A stretch of 64,000 bases of DNA from the NCBI GenBank assembly GCA_002269645.1, contig NIVC01001430.1, positions 186,001 to 250,000 on the forward strand, given 5' to 3'. This DNA is from Macrostomum lignano. Taxonomy: Eukaryota. Under the pieces are notes generated by a model. The model had not been told where the DNA came from, did no database searches, and saw nothing but the letters and a program-made list of their open reading frames with translations. Positions 1 through 28,000 of the stretch are shown one piece after another. The translations under genes and the position numbers were made by a program. Position 1 is the stretch's first letter. Each line of letters starts with the position of its first letter.

Positions 1-1404
1 GTAAGCAATGTAATCAATTACCATTATCAATGTCAAGTATACATATTTGAAAATATGTAGCCTACTTAGCTAATAATCTGTAATTGATCAGTAATATATT
101 GGGTGTTATTTATTTTGACTGACTGATTCTGTACCCAGATAGTATATCATTCAATTACATATCTGAGTTTTTTAATTAAAAAGACAGGTGCCCTATCGGC
201 ACAAAACTGAAAAGGTCAAAGTGTTATTTTTCTAAGTCAATTTACTAATATGCATAAATATAAATTTATATATTATTAATTTTAAGTATAGGTGGAAGTT
301 AAAGTTTAAAGTATGTATACAGAGATTTAACATTATAAACTTTACAAAGCTATAAAGCTATAAAGCCAATCTAAGCCAATATTACAATAATAAATGACCT
401 TTTTGGTTAATAATTTTGTTGATTATTTATCTTTCTTACTAAATATAGCAGAAAACCAATACTCATAAACATTTGTTTAAATGCCTTATTATGCACTTGA
501 AAATTAGAAAGCATTAAATTTATGCTTAAAAATGAACTCTTTCAATTTTTTGCCACTTAATACTAAACTCTTTTATATGATTCTATGAAGTGCATAATAA
601 TAAATATGCACACCATTTTCTTAGGAGTCATCCATACTAACTGTACAGTCTGTACAGGCTTCAAAGCCAATGCATACCCAATTTTTTTAGGCATATACTA
701 CATGATCTAGAGTATAGAGATTAGGTTATAATTTTTACTTGATAAGTAGGCCTATCTCAGCTGCAGATATTACTAGGCATATTGACGATAAATGAATCCT
801 AGACAATTGTGCTCCCAGTAGTTATAATCCTAGGATATAGGCCTAATCAAAATCTTAGGATTCTAGGAGGGAACTTTTACTTCATAGATAGTCATTTTGG
901 TATCATCTATTTTGGTAATAGGTTACTTTGGTGACAAAGTGTATAGAGTGCTGGGGATTTGTTTAAAGTTTTTATTTGTTTTTTTAAAGTTATTATTAAA
1001 TAATTAATTAATTTTTTATTATTGTTCATTGTCATTCTTTTTGAAATACTACTTTGTCATAATAGGCCTATTATAAAAATTATGAAATTTTGTTATAATT
1101 CAATGTTGCTAAGCAACTAATTTCAAAACATATGCTTTTGTCTATATTCTCTAAATGAGTCAATAGTAAAATACTTGTTTTAGATTGTACACTCGCCCTA
1201 TCACCTACACCCTAATCATGTATATGATTTATTGATTGCTTAGTGCTCTACTTGATTAAAAGTAAATATTTATATTGCCATAAACAGCATTAACAAATAT
1301 AAAAGTTTTAGCTCTCTTTATTTGGTTTGCACATTTATTACAATTTAGAAGTTGTAGGAAAATAAATGTCAATAAAAACATAAAAAATAAACTTTGTTTA
1401 ATTC

Positions 1405-1446
1405 TAGCCAACGCATTTCGTCAAACACAAGACGTCGTCAGGGCAA
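1405..1446 (-). ncRNA. Minimal type-I hammerhead ribozyme (Penelope-like element type)
   Basis: Minus strand reads UUGCC-CUGACGA-C-GUC-UUGUGUUU-GAC-GAAA-UGC-GUU-GGC. It has the conserved CUGANGA and GAAA core, a 3-bp stem II, a near-palindromic stem III (AUGCGU), a GUU cleavage triplet and stem I GCC/GGC. Confidence 0.65.
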
Positions 1447-1480
1447 ATTCAATCAACCTAGGTTGAATTGAATCAATTTG

Positions 1481-1720
1481 CTTATCTCCATGGCAGCTTA
1501 TTAAAATAGCTGCAACCATTTAAGTTTACAGGCCATGTCAATAGTTACAATTTTACCCACATGGATCCATGTCAATAATTTCCAACTTATCCCCATAGTA
1601 GCTTATTGAAATAGATGCCACCATTCAAGTCTATAGGCCATATTAATAATTTAAATTTTATTTACACAGATCCATGTTGATAGTTTTAAGCTTATCCCCA
1701 TGGCAGCTTATTGGAATAGA
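1481..1720. repeat. ~105-bp tandem repeat, 2+ copies
   Basis: cttat(c/y)ccat(g/a)g(c/t)agcttatt(a/g) recurs at 1481, 1586 and 1691. Confidence 0.75.
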
Positions 1721-3832
1721 GAACCTTAGAATGAATTTGTTCAAAAACAGTCTTTGTTTTCACTGTTTTACAAATCTCCCAAATAAACTACTGAAAACTG
1801 AATAGTATTGAGTACTTTATTAAAACTTTTGTCATTAAAGGGTTAATTTTAAATATTTGCTTAGCTGCTGGCTTAACTTAGAATGACCAAATGACCCTAA
1901 GATTAAGGTGAATAAGACTTGCAAAATTCAAAATTCAAAATGTAATAATAATAATAATAATACTAATTACTAATAATAATGTCAATGACAATATCAATTT
2001 TGGTTAGAGTTAGCAATATGTTAAAATGACACTGTCACACTATGGCTTCAATGGAAAGTCACACAAAGTTGTAATAACAAATATTTTAAGCTATGCCATA
2101 TATATTATAATAAAAAGACTAGGCCTAATATAGTAGTAACATTACAATTTACAATTAAGTTTTACAATTAAATTAGGCCTAGAAATTAACATTTGTGAGT
2201 TAGGCCTTTCCTCTAGTTTTGCGAAAAGTAGTTAAAGAGAAAACATAGGGGCCTATGTCATATGATAATAATTAAATTTTCAAATACGTGAATTAGTAAA
2301 AATTATTTTTACAAAGATTTACAATTGCATAATTTCTTTATCCACTTGGCACTGCATAGCGTAAGATAGGCTTTTCTTCCTTATATGCCACACTGCACTA
2401 TCTGCGCAAGGCAGCATAGGCCTAATGATTCACGTTCACGAGTGCTAGACGACTTTCTAGGCAAGAATTTTCCACGAAAAAGGCCATCTTCCTGACTATG
2501 CTATGGACTTCTTCTAAAAATGTAATCTTGACTTCGTGTTTGTGTGTTGCAAAATTAAAAATTAGTTTAATAGCTTATTGACTTAAGCTTCCTTAAGTTC
2601 CTTAAAAGTTAAATATAGACCAGGGTTGTTACGTCGGTGCCTACTGACCTGTCTAAGTTGTCTTGTGCAACAACAACAAGTAAAAAATTGATTGTGCTTT
2701 TATTTTTAAAATTACGCTACTTCTAATATTGCAGTTTATGGCCGGTACTAAAACAAATTGTGATGCATTTTGTACTGTCGTTGCACAACTTAATACGTTT
2801 TTGCCTCCTGAACGTAAGTTGATTCAAAAAATAAACATTAAAGCCCCCTTTCGAGAACAAATACGATTTCCAAGAACAATATGCGTAGACGTTGGTTTGA
2901 CTTGCACCTTGCACACGTGCTGGATCATATGGTCAGTTATCTTGATATGATATGACAGGCCTGCGGCCCACATAGTGTTATGTCGTACACATGCTCGTAG
3001 TGTGCTTTGTGATATTTCTGATACCGAATGTTTTGATTTAATTAACTACTGATGAGTTTGTTCAGATGTAAGAACTGGTAGGCCCAGTACCCAGTTTGCC
3101 AGCCAGAAGGCCAAGGGCAAAGCCCCTAATTTTTTTGTCTCACTGGAGTTGGGTCTGTAGCTGCCTAAGGAATGCCTAACTGCCTAGAACTCTTTCAAAG
3201 CTATATTATTATTACTTAGGCTTTTAGGGTCTTTAGGCTTTTAATAAATTTTTTTATTGCATTCCATTAGGCCCCTAGTTGTTACGTTATATTTATTGCA
3301 ATGGCTAGGGCGGCGGGCCTAGAGTTCCACCATTGGAACCAATTTTCTAATAACTAGGCCCTATGAATCTGGCAGTGGTATTCCTGCAGTGCAATTTATG
3401 TTCTGTAGGTAATATAGCATAAACTGATAAACATAACTTTTGTTGGGTCTGCAGCCTGTGGGCTGTGGCCTGCCTCTCTTTTTTGCAATTGTGTGTGTGC
3501 TAGTGCCCCCAACTCTAGCATTGTTGTAATGTAATGTAATATTGGGTGCTAGGCCTAGATATTGAAATTTTATTCAAGATAGGCCTATGATTAAGATAAT
3601 ATAGCATTCTTTTGTTTTATAATCCCCATTCTTAGGCACTTTTATTACTGTCAAAGTTGTGCATTTTAGAGTAAGAAACTTGTAAAAAAATTCTGCATAG
3701 TTTTTTTCTGAAATCAACATGCAAAAAATTTATCAATAGCCAAAAGGCTATTGGACCTAGGCCTTACTATGTTTTTATAATATAGGATAGGCCCCCCCTA
3801 GGGTCTTTTTATAGTTAGGCAAAGGGTAGGCC

Positions 3833-4384
3833 CCATAGTCAGGAAGGTGGCATGTGTACGCCGGAATGAAATTCGGGCAGGGCTACCTATGTACGCCAAA
3901 TGTAACCATATGTACGCCGAATATACCGTAATGCATGCCGAATATAGGCCCTACCGTAATGCACTCATGCACGCCAATTAGTTAATTGTTTATCAGCTTA
4001 TTAGGACGCTGAATGAAGTAAAAACCTTCCTTTGCAACGAATATTCGACAAGTTTGGTTGTTGTACTATACCAACAAGTTTATTCTTTTTTAATTTGCTT
4101 AACTGAAGATGTTAAAATTAAAATGACCATTTTAAATTACCGTAAAGTTTTGGCAGAGATTTGAATAAGAATATACGGTAGACATAATAGAGAATTAGCA
4201 CTGCCTCATATGCCAACCTTATATCCCATATCATGCCACATATTTGCGGCATACATGGCATATGCTGAATGTACGCCAACTGTTGCAAGGCAGACCAAAT
4301 GTACGCCGAATGTACGCCAAATATCTTTGGCTATGCCTATGCACACCGAATTTTCAACGAAAAAGGCCACCTTCCTGACTATGG
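3833..4384. mobile_element. MITE / non-autonomous DNA transposon with 8-bp TSD
   Basis: TIR CCATAGTCAGGAAGGTGGC ... GCCACCTTCCTGACTATGG; TSD GGTAGGCC at 3825-3832 and 4385-4392; internal repeated motif (a)tgtacgcc(g/a)aat. A solo right-end copy lies near 2465-2500. Confidence 0.85.
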
Positions 4385-6345
4385 GGTAGGCCTAGCCCTA
4401 GGGCAACATATTGTTAAGATTTTCAAGGCTGAAGGTCTGCTAGAAGGCTAATAGCTTTGAAGATATAAGGCTAGCACTGTGATTGCAATATTTTCAAGAT
4501 AATTAAAGTTTAAAATTAGGCCTAATTAGCATCTAGTAGGCCTATTTATACTATTTCTATTTATCAAACCTAATATTATTATTTGTTAAATGTACATAGG
4601 TTTCAATGATGATAATTGAAAAACAAAGCAATTATTATATAATATTGAGCTTGTTATTAACTTGATATATATTAAATATACATATATATATATATTAGGC
4701 CTATGATAATATATGAAATAGGCTTTGTTATTTTCCTAGAAAGTATCACATTTGAAATTAGGCTATTTTGTTTAATGAGTATAATATTAGTAATATTGTA
4801 AATATTATAAATATTATGGAATTTTATTTGTTTTAAAACTCACTGAAAAGAAGTATAAATACACAAGCTATTAGCAGGAGAAGAAACAACTTGCCACTTG
4901 CTTTGGGCTTATAATCTAGTCTAGTATCTCAAATTAAAGCTTGATCAATAATTATTTAGAAATCAATAGTTATTTAGAAGCATTAAAAAACCCCAAGACT
5001 GGGAGAATTCAACCTATTCTTAGAGAATGAGATATCCAGGTTTAGAATCTGAGAATTTGCCTTTAAAAGGCAGAAATTCTATCACAGGGTAGAGAAATCC
5101 AGACTCAAGCATTTGAGAAACCCACCTCAGGGCGAAATACTCAGCAAGTAAGCTGTGACCCTCTGATCCTAGTAATGCTTGGACTGAGAGAAACTCTCCT
5201 AGAGGAGTAAACTAGGGAGCATAGAATTAGAAATATAGTGCCATTAGACCACTCAGGCCAGAAAGTATATTAGAAGTACAAATGCTACCAATAGAAGTAT
5301 ATACACTACCAGTATAAGTACATGTGCTACTAGCAGATATAAGTACAGGCCAAAAGTGCACACAGAAAAAAGTATAGATCAGTAGGAGAGCATAGCAAAT
5401 TAACTCTGTAACAACTTTGGTGGCAGCAAGTAAGATTAAACAATAAAGGAAATAGAGAGCCCTGAGACAGCTTTTAGTTGCAGCAGTGGAATGGTTACAA
5501 GAAGCAGCCCTACCACATATATTAATATTAATTATAATAATATAAATATTATTAATATATATTATACTTGATATATATACACTAACATTAAGAGATCTAA
5601 ATTTTTAGTATATGGAAGATGCTAAAACATGTTATAAAATGATTAATTTCAACTTGCAGGATTAAATTGCTTTTAGTCTATTTTATATAAATAGCAAGCA
5701 GAGTAACCTGCTAACATATGGCTAGGCCTATATTAATTCCTAATAAATTTAGTATTCACTTGATGAAGTAGGCTGCAAAAAGGTACATTAATAGAATAAT
5801 AAGGCAATTCTCCTGTCAACTTTCAGTGTTTATTAATAATTACCAATAGGTCCTAGACTACCATATAAAGTGACATTATTAGTATGGCATTGTAAATAAA
5901 TATTTTATTATTAGTATAGGACTTGTCTAAATGAGAATAAGCACTACTATACATAAAAGTATTGAAAAATGTTACTTGTTGACATGATATATAGATACAT
6001 ATGTAATAATATTAGTCAAGTTAGTAATAGGCCTATATTGAATTTTTTGATCATTAGAATTATAGCATTATTTTTATTGTTAGCATTATTTTTATTTTGG
6101 TATCAGGTCAAAATTAAGGATATTTTTTAAAATTTCAAATCTAGAGTTTAGTAGGCATTATGCAAAAACATAATAAGTAGCAAAAATAATAATTTCCACT
6201 CTTAAAATTTGTCCTATGAACTGAGACTAGAGTCAACCTTGGGAAAAAATAATAATACAACTAATCATTCAAATTTCAAACCTACATTTTCATAATTCCA
6301 GCATCTAGCCAAATCATGTATCATTTGCTTACATTTATTCAACAG

Positions 6346-21159
<14,814 letters not shown>

Positions 21160-21674
21160 TTGACATGCTTTACAATTTATTTGTTATTATTCCCTTCAAT
21201 GGTACTAACAGTAGCATTTTGCATTTTTCAGTCTAGTTTCCAACACTGATGAGGAATAAATTAACCGTAGGCAGTTAAATATAAAAAGCCATTAATTCAC
21301 TAATTTACATATTGTTTAATAACATTTTTTTCAAAAGCGACGATTCTAAGTGATTTATTTAAAACATTGGAAGGCGTTTTTTGATTGTTATAGTTTTTTT
21401 AAACAATTATCATCCAATAATAAGAAGCTTTATCTGTCACCTAGGCAACAAGAGTCAGTTAGTAGTGAATAAAAGTTATCAAGTGCATAAACTGTACGTA
21501 AGGTGTACAAAAATATGTCCAATGAATTGTCAATGAAGGCAAAAATGAAAGCTCATTAGCGATTGGCCTAGGATATGCTAGAGTATTGTTGGCGTGGCTA
21601 CAGTGCCGCTGCAGAGCATGTAAAACACCAGAGGAGATTCTACGGATAATAGCAATATAGCTGTGCAAATTATC

Positions 21675-21890
21675 TGGGAAATCCCATTGACGCGGAATCT
21701 CTATGGGAAATCCCATTGACGCGGAATCTCTATGGGAAATTCCATTGACGCGGATTCTCCCTATGGGAAATCTCATAGACGCGGATTCTCCCTATGGGAA
21801 ATCACATTGACGCGGATTCTCCCCATGGGAAATCACGCTGACGATGGGCTGATGGGAAATCCTAATTGACTCCTAATTGATGGGAATTCC
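21675..21890. repeat. 29-31-bp repeat containing GGGAAATYCC between convergent 3' ends
   Basis: Units tgggaaatcccattgacgcgga(a/t)tctc(cc)ta at 21675, 21704, 21733, 21764, 21795 and 21826. Confidence 0.85.
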
Positions 21891-22052
21891 AAAGGAAGGG
21901 AAACAATATATTCTATAGGATATAAATATTATTGACGATTACGCAATCAGGAATAATTGCAGATAGAATATTAGCTTATTGATATAATCAAATAGACTTG
22001 TACACACAGAAAGTCATCAGTCCAATCCAGTGAAGTGGAGGCTACTTCAGTG

Positions 22053-25000
22053 TCAAGTCGGTCCCCTCTCATAAGTGCCCTTCGGCGGCCGGTACATCTG
22101 CGGAAAAGTAGTCAACTGCACCCGATTAAACGCATAGAAACTGGTGCCAATATTGCGGAAGCAGTTGCGCCTACGAAGGCCGTGAGTTCTTAGAAAGGCT
22201 ACGGTGGATTCGAAATTGGCCCGATCCGACCGAAGCCGGTGATATTCGCGCAGCCAGCGGGCCTGCTCCAGGGTCACCGCCATGGCCGTGCGGTCCTTGC
22301 CGCTCTTGCAGTTAGTCAGCCGGACACCGTCCAGCAGCCAGAACATCTCTTCAACAGTGTGCAGCAGGCCCACCGGTTTGCTCTTGTCCTCCTCGATGAA
22401 CAGCTCCACTTGTTGAAGCTTGTCGCGCAGGCGCTGCTCGGGCGAGGCCGCTTTCTCGTCGTTGTCGGCGTCGGTGGCGCCGGCGCCGGAGAAGCGCGCC
22501 AAAGTGGCGCCGGGCATCGGGACGCTGCGGTAACGAATCACCTGGTTGGGGGGGGGGGATCACGAGAAAGTTTTTGGAGTGCGATTATTAGTTAGTTAAC
22601 CCTACCGAATCACACCTGAGAATCGCCTCCCACAACTCTTAGAGAATCGCCTCCCTTAATTCCGAAAGAATCACCCCTGAGAATCGCCTCCCTTAACTCC
22701 TAGAGAATCACCCCTGAGAATCGCCTCCCTAGAGAATCACCCCTGAGAATCGCCTCCGTAATCCCTAGAGAATCACCCCTGAGAATCGCCTATTCGATGA
22801 ACTCTCACACAGACCTGATCAACCAGATGCCTGAGCCCAACAGCCGACCGCTTATTCAAATCTCGCTGAACGGCCAAGGAGGCCATCCGCTTCTTCTCAG
22901 CCAGAGTCTGCTGCTCGTTGATGCCGACGCTGAACATCAGGGGGACAAGGCTGAACCGATGACCCCGAAGCAGGCAGTCAAGCGAAGCGCTGAGCCGATC
23001 CCACAGCGGCTGAGGCACGCAGATACGGACGCTGCGCAGGCTCTCGTCTACTATTGGCTGGTCGCCCATTGCGCCTAGGCGGGAGTGTGATTGTCAGGTG
23101 TGATGATTAAGTTTGATTATCAGGTGTGATGATTAAGTGTGATGATTAAGTTTGATTATCAGGTGTGATGATTAAGTGTGATTATCAGGTGTGATGATTA
23201 AGTTTGATTATCAGGTGTGATGATTAAGTGTGATGATTAAGTTTGATTATCAGGTGTGATGATTAAGTGTGATTGTCAGGTGTGATGATTAAGTTTGATT
23301 ATCAGGTGTGATGATTAAGTGTGATGATTAAGTTTGATTATCAGGTGTGATGATTAAGTGTGATTATCAGGTGTGATGATTAAGTGTGATTGTCAGGTAT
23401 GATGATTAAGTGTGATTGTCAGGTATGATGATTAAGTTTGATTATCAGGTGTGATGATTAAGTGTGATTATCAGGTGTGATGATTAAGTGTGATTATCAG
23501 GTGTGATGATTAAGTTTGATTATCAGGTGTGATGATTAAGTGTGATGATTAAGTTTGATTATCAGGTGTGATGATTAAGTGTGATTATCAGGTGTGATGA
23601 TTAAGTGTGATTGTCAGGTATGATGATTAAGTTTGATTATCAGGTGTGATGATTAAGTGTGATTATCAGGTGTGATGATTAAGTGTGATTATCAGGTGTG
23701 ATGATTAAGTTTGATTATCAGGTGTGATGATTAAGTGCGATTATCAGGTGTGATGATTAAGTGTGATTATCAGGTGTGATGATTAAGTGTGATTATCAGG
23801 TGTGATGATTAAGTGTGATGATTAAGTTTGATTATCAGGTGTGATGATTAAGTGTGATTATCAGGTGTGATGATTAAGTGTGATTATCAGGTGTGATGAT
23901 TAAGTGTGATTATCAGGTGTGATGATTAAGTGTGATTATCAGGTGTGATGATTAAGTGTGATTATCAGGTATGATTATTAAGTTTGATTATCAGGTGTGA
24001 TGATTAAGTGTGATTATCAGGTGTGATGATTAAGTGTGATTATCAGGTGTGATGATTAAGTGTGATTATCAGGTGTGATGATTAAGTGTGATTATCAGGT
24101 GTGATGATTAAGTGTGATTATCAGGTGTGATGATTAAGTGACATTAACATATGTGAATTGGAGCGCGACTTTGTTATAATAAAGGAGATAACTAAGAGAC
24201 AGTTATTAATTATCAAACTAGATTTTGTGAGTGATCTCAATTTTGAGCAGTAATTTACCAGGAAAGAAGCTCAGCTTCACATGCGCCAATCTGGGCACAG
24301 TGGCCGCCATGTCTTCCAGCATTCCGCACTCGGATTTGTACACGGATAGCAGCGACTCCATGTAGACTGGGATGCCGCAGGCTTCCATCTGGCGCCAGGT
24401 TGCCTCGTTCCAGCGGGAGAAATGGGCGGCCACTCCGCACACTACGGCCGTCAGCACCTGGCTGAAGGATTGGGCCCGCCGCCTGTAGGTAACCAGCAGC
24501 GTGTCCGCAGGCACCTGCGTTGGGGCCGGGTTTATTAGGGCGATTCTTTAGGTAAATTTAGGGCGATTCCTTAGGTGAATTTAGGGCGATTCCTTAGGTG
24601 AATTTAGGGCGATTCCTTAGGTGAATTTAGGGCGATTCCTTAGGTGAATTTAGGGCGATTCCTTAGGTGAATTTAGGGCGATTCTTTAGGTAAATTTAGG
24701 GCGATTCTTTAGGTAAATTTAGGGCGATTCATTTGGTGAATTTAGGGCGATTCCTTAGGTGAATTTAGGGTGATTCCTTAGGTGTATTTAGGGCGATTCT
24801 TTAGGTGAATTTAGGGCGATTCCTTAGGTGAATTTAGGGCGATTCCTTCAGTGAATTTAGGGCGATTCCTTAGGTGAATTTAGGGCGATTCCTTCAGTGA
24901 ATTTAGGGCGATTCCTTAGGTGAATTTAGGGCGATTCCTTAGGTGAATTTAGGGCGATTCCTTAGGTGAATTTAGGGCGATTCCTTAGGTGAATTTAGGG

Positions 25001-28000
25001 CGATTCCTTCAGTGAATTTAGGGCGATTCCTTCAGTGAATTTAGGGCGATTCCTTCAGTGAATTTAGGGCGATTCCTTAGGTGAATTTAGGGCGATTCTT
25101 TAGGTGAATTTAGGGCGATTCCTTAGGTGAATTTAGGGCGATTCCTTAGGTAAATTTAGGGCGATTCCTTCAGTGAATTTAGGGCGATTCCTTCAGTGAA
25201 TTTAGGGCGATTCCTTCAGTGAATTTAGGGCGATTCCTTAGGTGAATTTAGGGCGATTCCTTAGGTGAATTTAGGGCGATTCCTTAGGTGAATTTAGGGC
25301 GATTCCTTAGGTGAATTTAGGGCGATTCCTTAGGTGAATTTAGGGCGATTCCTTAGGTGAATTTAGGGCGATTCCTTAGGTGAATTTAGGGCGATTCCTT
25401 AGGTGAATTTAGGGCGATTCCTTCAGTGAATTTAGGGCGATTCCTTAGGTGAATTTAGGGCGATTCCTTAGGTGAATTTAGGGCGATTCCTTAGGTGAAT
25501 TTAGGGCGATTCCTTCAGTGAATTTAGAGCGATTCCTTAGGTGAATTTAGGGCGATTCCTTAGGTAAATTTAGGGCGATTCCTTCAGTGAATTTAGGGCG
25601 ATTCCTTCAGTGAATTTAGGGCGATTCCTTCAGTGAATTTAGGGCGATTCTTTAGGTGAATTTAGGGCGATTCCTTAGGTGAATTTAGGGCGATTCCTTC
25701 AGTAAATTTAGTGCGATTTATTAGGCTCATTTATAGCGATTCCTAAGGCAGTTGGGAGGAAATTCTTGGGGCGGTTAAAATGCTATTCTTGATTAATACT
25801 TAATTACTAAATACTTAAAAGAGTAAATACTTAAAGAGTTTAGGGTGATTTTTTGGGTAGTTTAGGACAGATTTTGACGGGCTATTTCAAAGGCACATTA
25901 AATAAGAGTCTCGAGCATATATTCAAGCCTCACCTTGCCGGCCTCAGTCAGCCACAGCTTAGCCAGCGTGAGCCGGCACTGCTGCCAGACGCTGTTCACC
26001 TCTTGCAACAGCTGGTCGCAGGCGGCGGCGGCGGCGCTGCCATCGGAAGTGGCGGCCTCCAGCAGTTTGTTCAGCTGCTGCATGCCAACGCTTTGCAATT
26101 CGAGTGCAATACGAGTTTGTACTATTAGAAAATTGCTAGCCAGAAAGATCAGCCGATTAACTAAATCGCAAAGTCGCTCAGAGTCCGCTTGGGAGGCGAG
26201 GCCTGGCGCCGGGTGCGCCGGGTGCTGCCTATTGCTGGCGCTGAATAGGATTCTGTTAAGCTGGTCGCACAGCTGGTTGCCCTCGTGCAGCAGCGTCACG
26301 GCCTGGGGTTTTTTGGAGTTCTTCAGCTAGTTAGTCAGTTAGTCAGTTAGTTAGTCAGTCAGTCAGTCAGTCAGTCAGTCAGTCAGTCAGTCAGTCAGTC
26401 AGTCAGTCAGTCAGTCAGTCAGTCAGTCAGTCAGTCAGTCAGTCAGTCAGTCAGTCAGTCAGTCAGTCAGTCAGTCAGTCAGTCAGTCAGTCAGTCAGTC
26501 AGTCAGTCAGTCAGTCAGTCAGTCAGTCAGTCAGTCAGTCAGTCAGTCAGTCAGTCAGTCAGTCAGTCAGTCAGTCAGTCAGTCAGTCAGTCAGTCAGTC
26601 AGTCAGTCAGTCAGTCAGTCAGTCAGTCAGTCAGTCAGTCAGTCAGTCAGTCAGTCAGTCAGTCAGTCAGTCAGTCAGTCAGTCAGTCAGTCAGTCAGTC
26701 AGTCAGTCAGTCAGTCAGTCAGTCAGTCAGTCAGTCAGTCAGTCAGTCAGTCAGTCAGTCAGTCAGTCAGTCAGTCAGTCAGTCAGTCAGTCAGTCAGTC
26801 AGTCAGTCAGTCAGTCAGTCAGTCAGTCAGTCAGTCAGTCAGTCAGTCAGTCAGTCAGTCAGTCAGTCAGTCAGTCAGTCAGTCAGTCAGTCAGTCAGTC
26901 ATCCATTAGGAATTATTTCATAATACTCAAACCCACCTGCTCGCACACGTCCAGAACGTCTTCCAATCCGGGCGTGGACTTGTAGGCCGACAAAATGCCG
27001 CCCTTTTTAAACTTCAACGAATGCGCGGCCGAAGCGCCAACGGACACAATGTCCAAAAAGTCTATGGGCTTTTCTCGACTGTCCACCACGGCGAGGCGAT
27101 GCAGCTGCAGATTCGGCGGCACGAACGCCAACTGCTGACTGGAACGCAGACGGCTCAGCTTCATGAAGTCTCCGTCGAATAGCCGGCGATTGGTTTCTTC
27201 GACGCAGACTGAGAATTCTTGACACAGAGCGGAGACTAGGGGTGCGAGCAGCTTGTCCGAGGCTGAGAGCCGGTACAGTGGCAGCCAATCATCTCGCTGT
27301 TGCTGGGGACAGTTGTGCTCGCCTAGTAGCACTAGGGCCGCTTCGAGAGAGCGCAGCCGAGCTAACTCGATTGTGGCGATCTGCATTCCAATGGGTTTCA
27401 AGTTGGACAAGTGCATTAACAGTAGAACCACTAAGAGGGGCCCTGACAATTTTTTGCTGCGCCGGAACGGAGCAACGCAGGCACCCGAAATTTAATAACT
27501 CGGGCCAACTTTTTGTTGCGCACCTTCTCAAACAAGAATCAGGCCGCCAGCCCTCCAGACCGTCGAGATATTCGACGATTCTGCCAGAAGGTCGGATTCT
27601 TTCCCATAGTGTATTCAGTACACCCCTGTGCGCCAATCACAAGCCTTGCCAAGCCTCCAAATTTCATCAGCACGTCGACCACATGTGTCTGCATCAGCTG
27701 TGACTTCGTTGGTCACTAACCTTCACCCAGGCGGAGCTTCTGGACCTTCAACAGGTGGCACCAGGTGACTATGGACACCCTGATGCGAATTTCTCTAGTT
27801 TCGTCCATCAAGCCTCGACAGTGGACAAGAATCCGCAACTGCTGGACATCCTTAGCTAGTCTCTCAAGAATTGTCATCACCCCGACGTCTCGGTACCTTC
27901 AAGAGGACAAAAACAGGACTATAGACACCCAAAAGCTAAGAAGTTTTTTTATTTTTTTAGCAATTTTAGTTACTTTTACTTGATCTTGAGTCCATACAAC

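Noticed and set aside
22053-22541. Horizontal transfer of a bacterial SopB-like phosphatase
   Set aside because: Only the CX5R loop is SopB-like; the gene is multi-exon and colinear with animal INPP4 throughout.
27720-27895. Open minus-strand frame as an INPP4 exon
   Set aside because: Exons ending at 29002 and starting at 27380 join in phase 0 (HVPMQ|IATIEL) and match the INPP4 alignment without it; it lies inside a TIR element.
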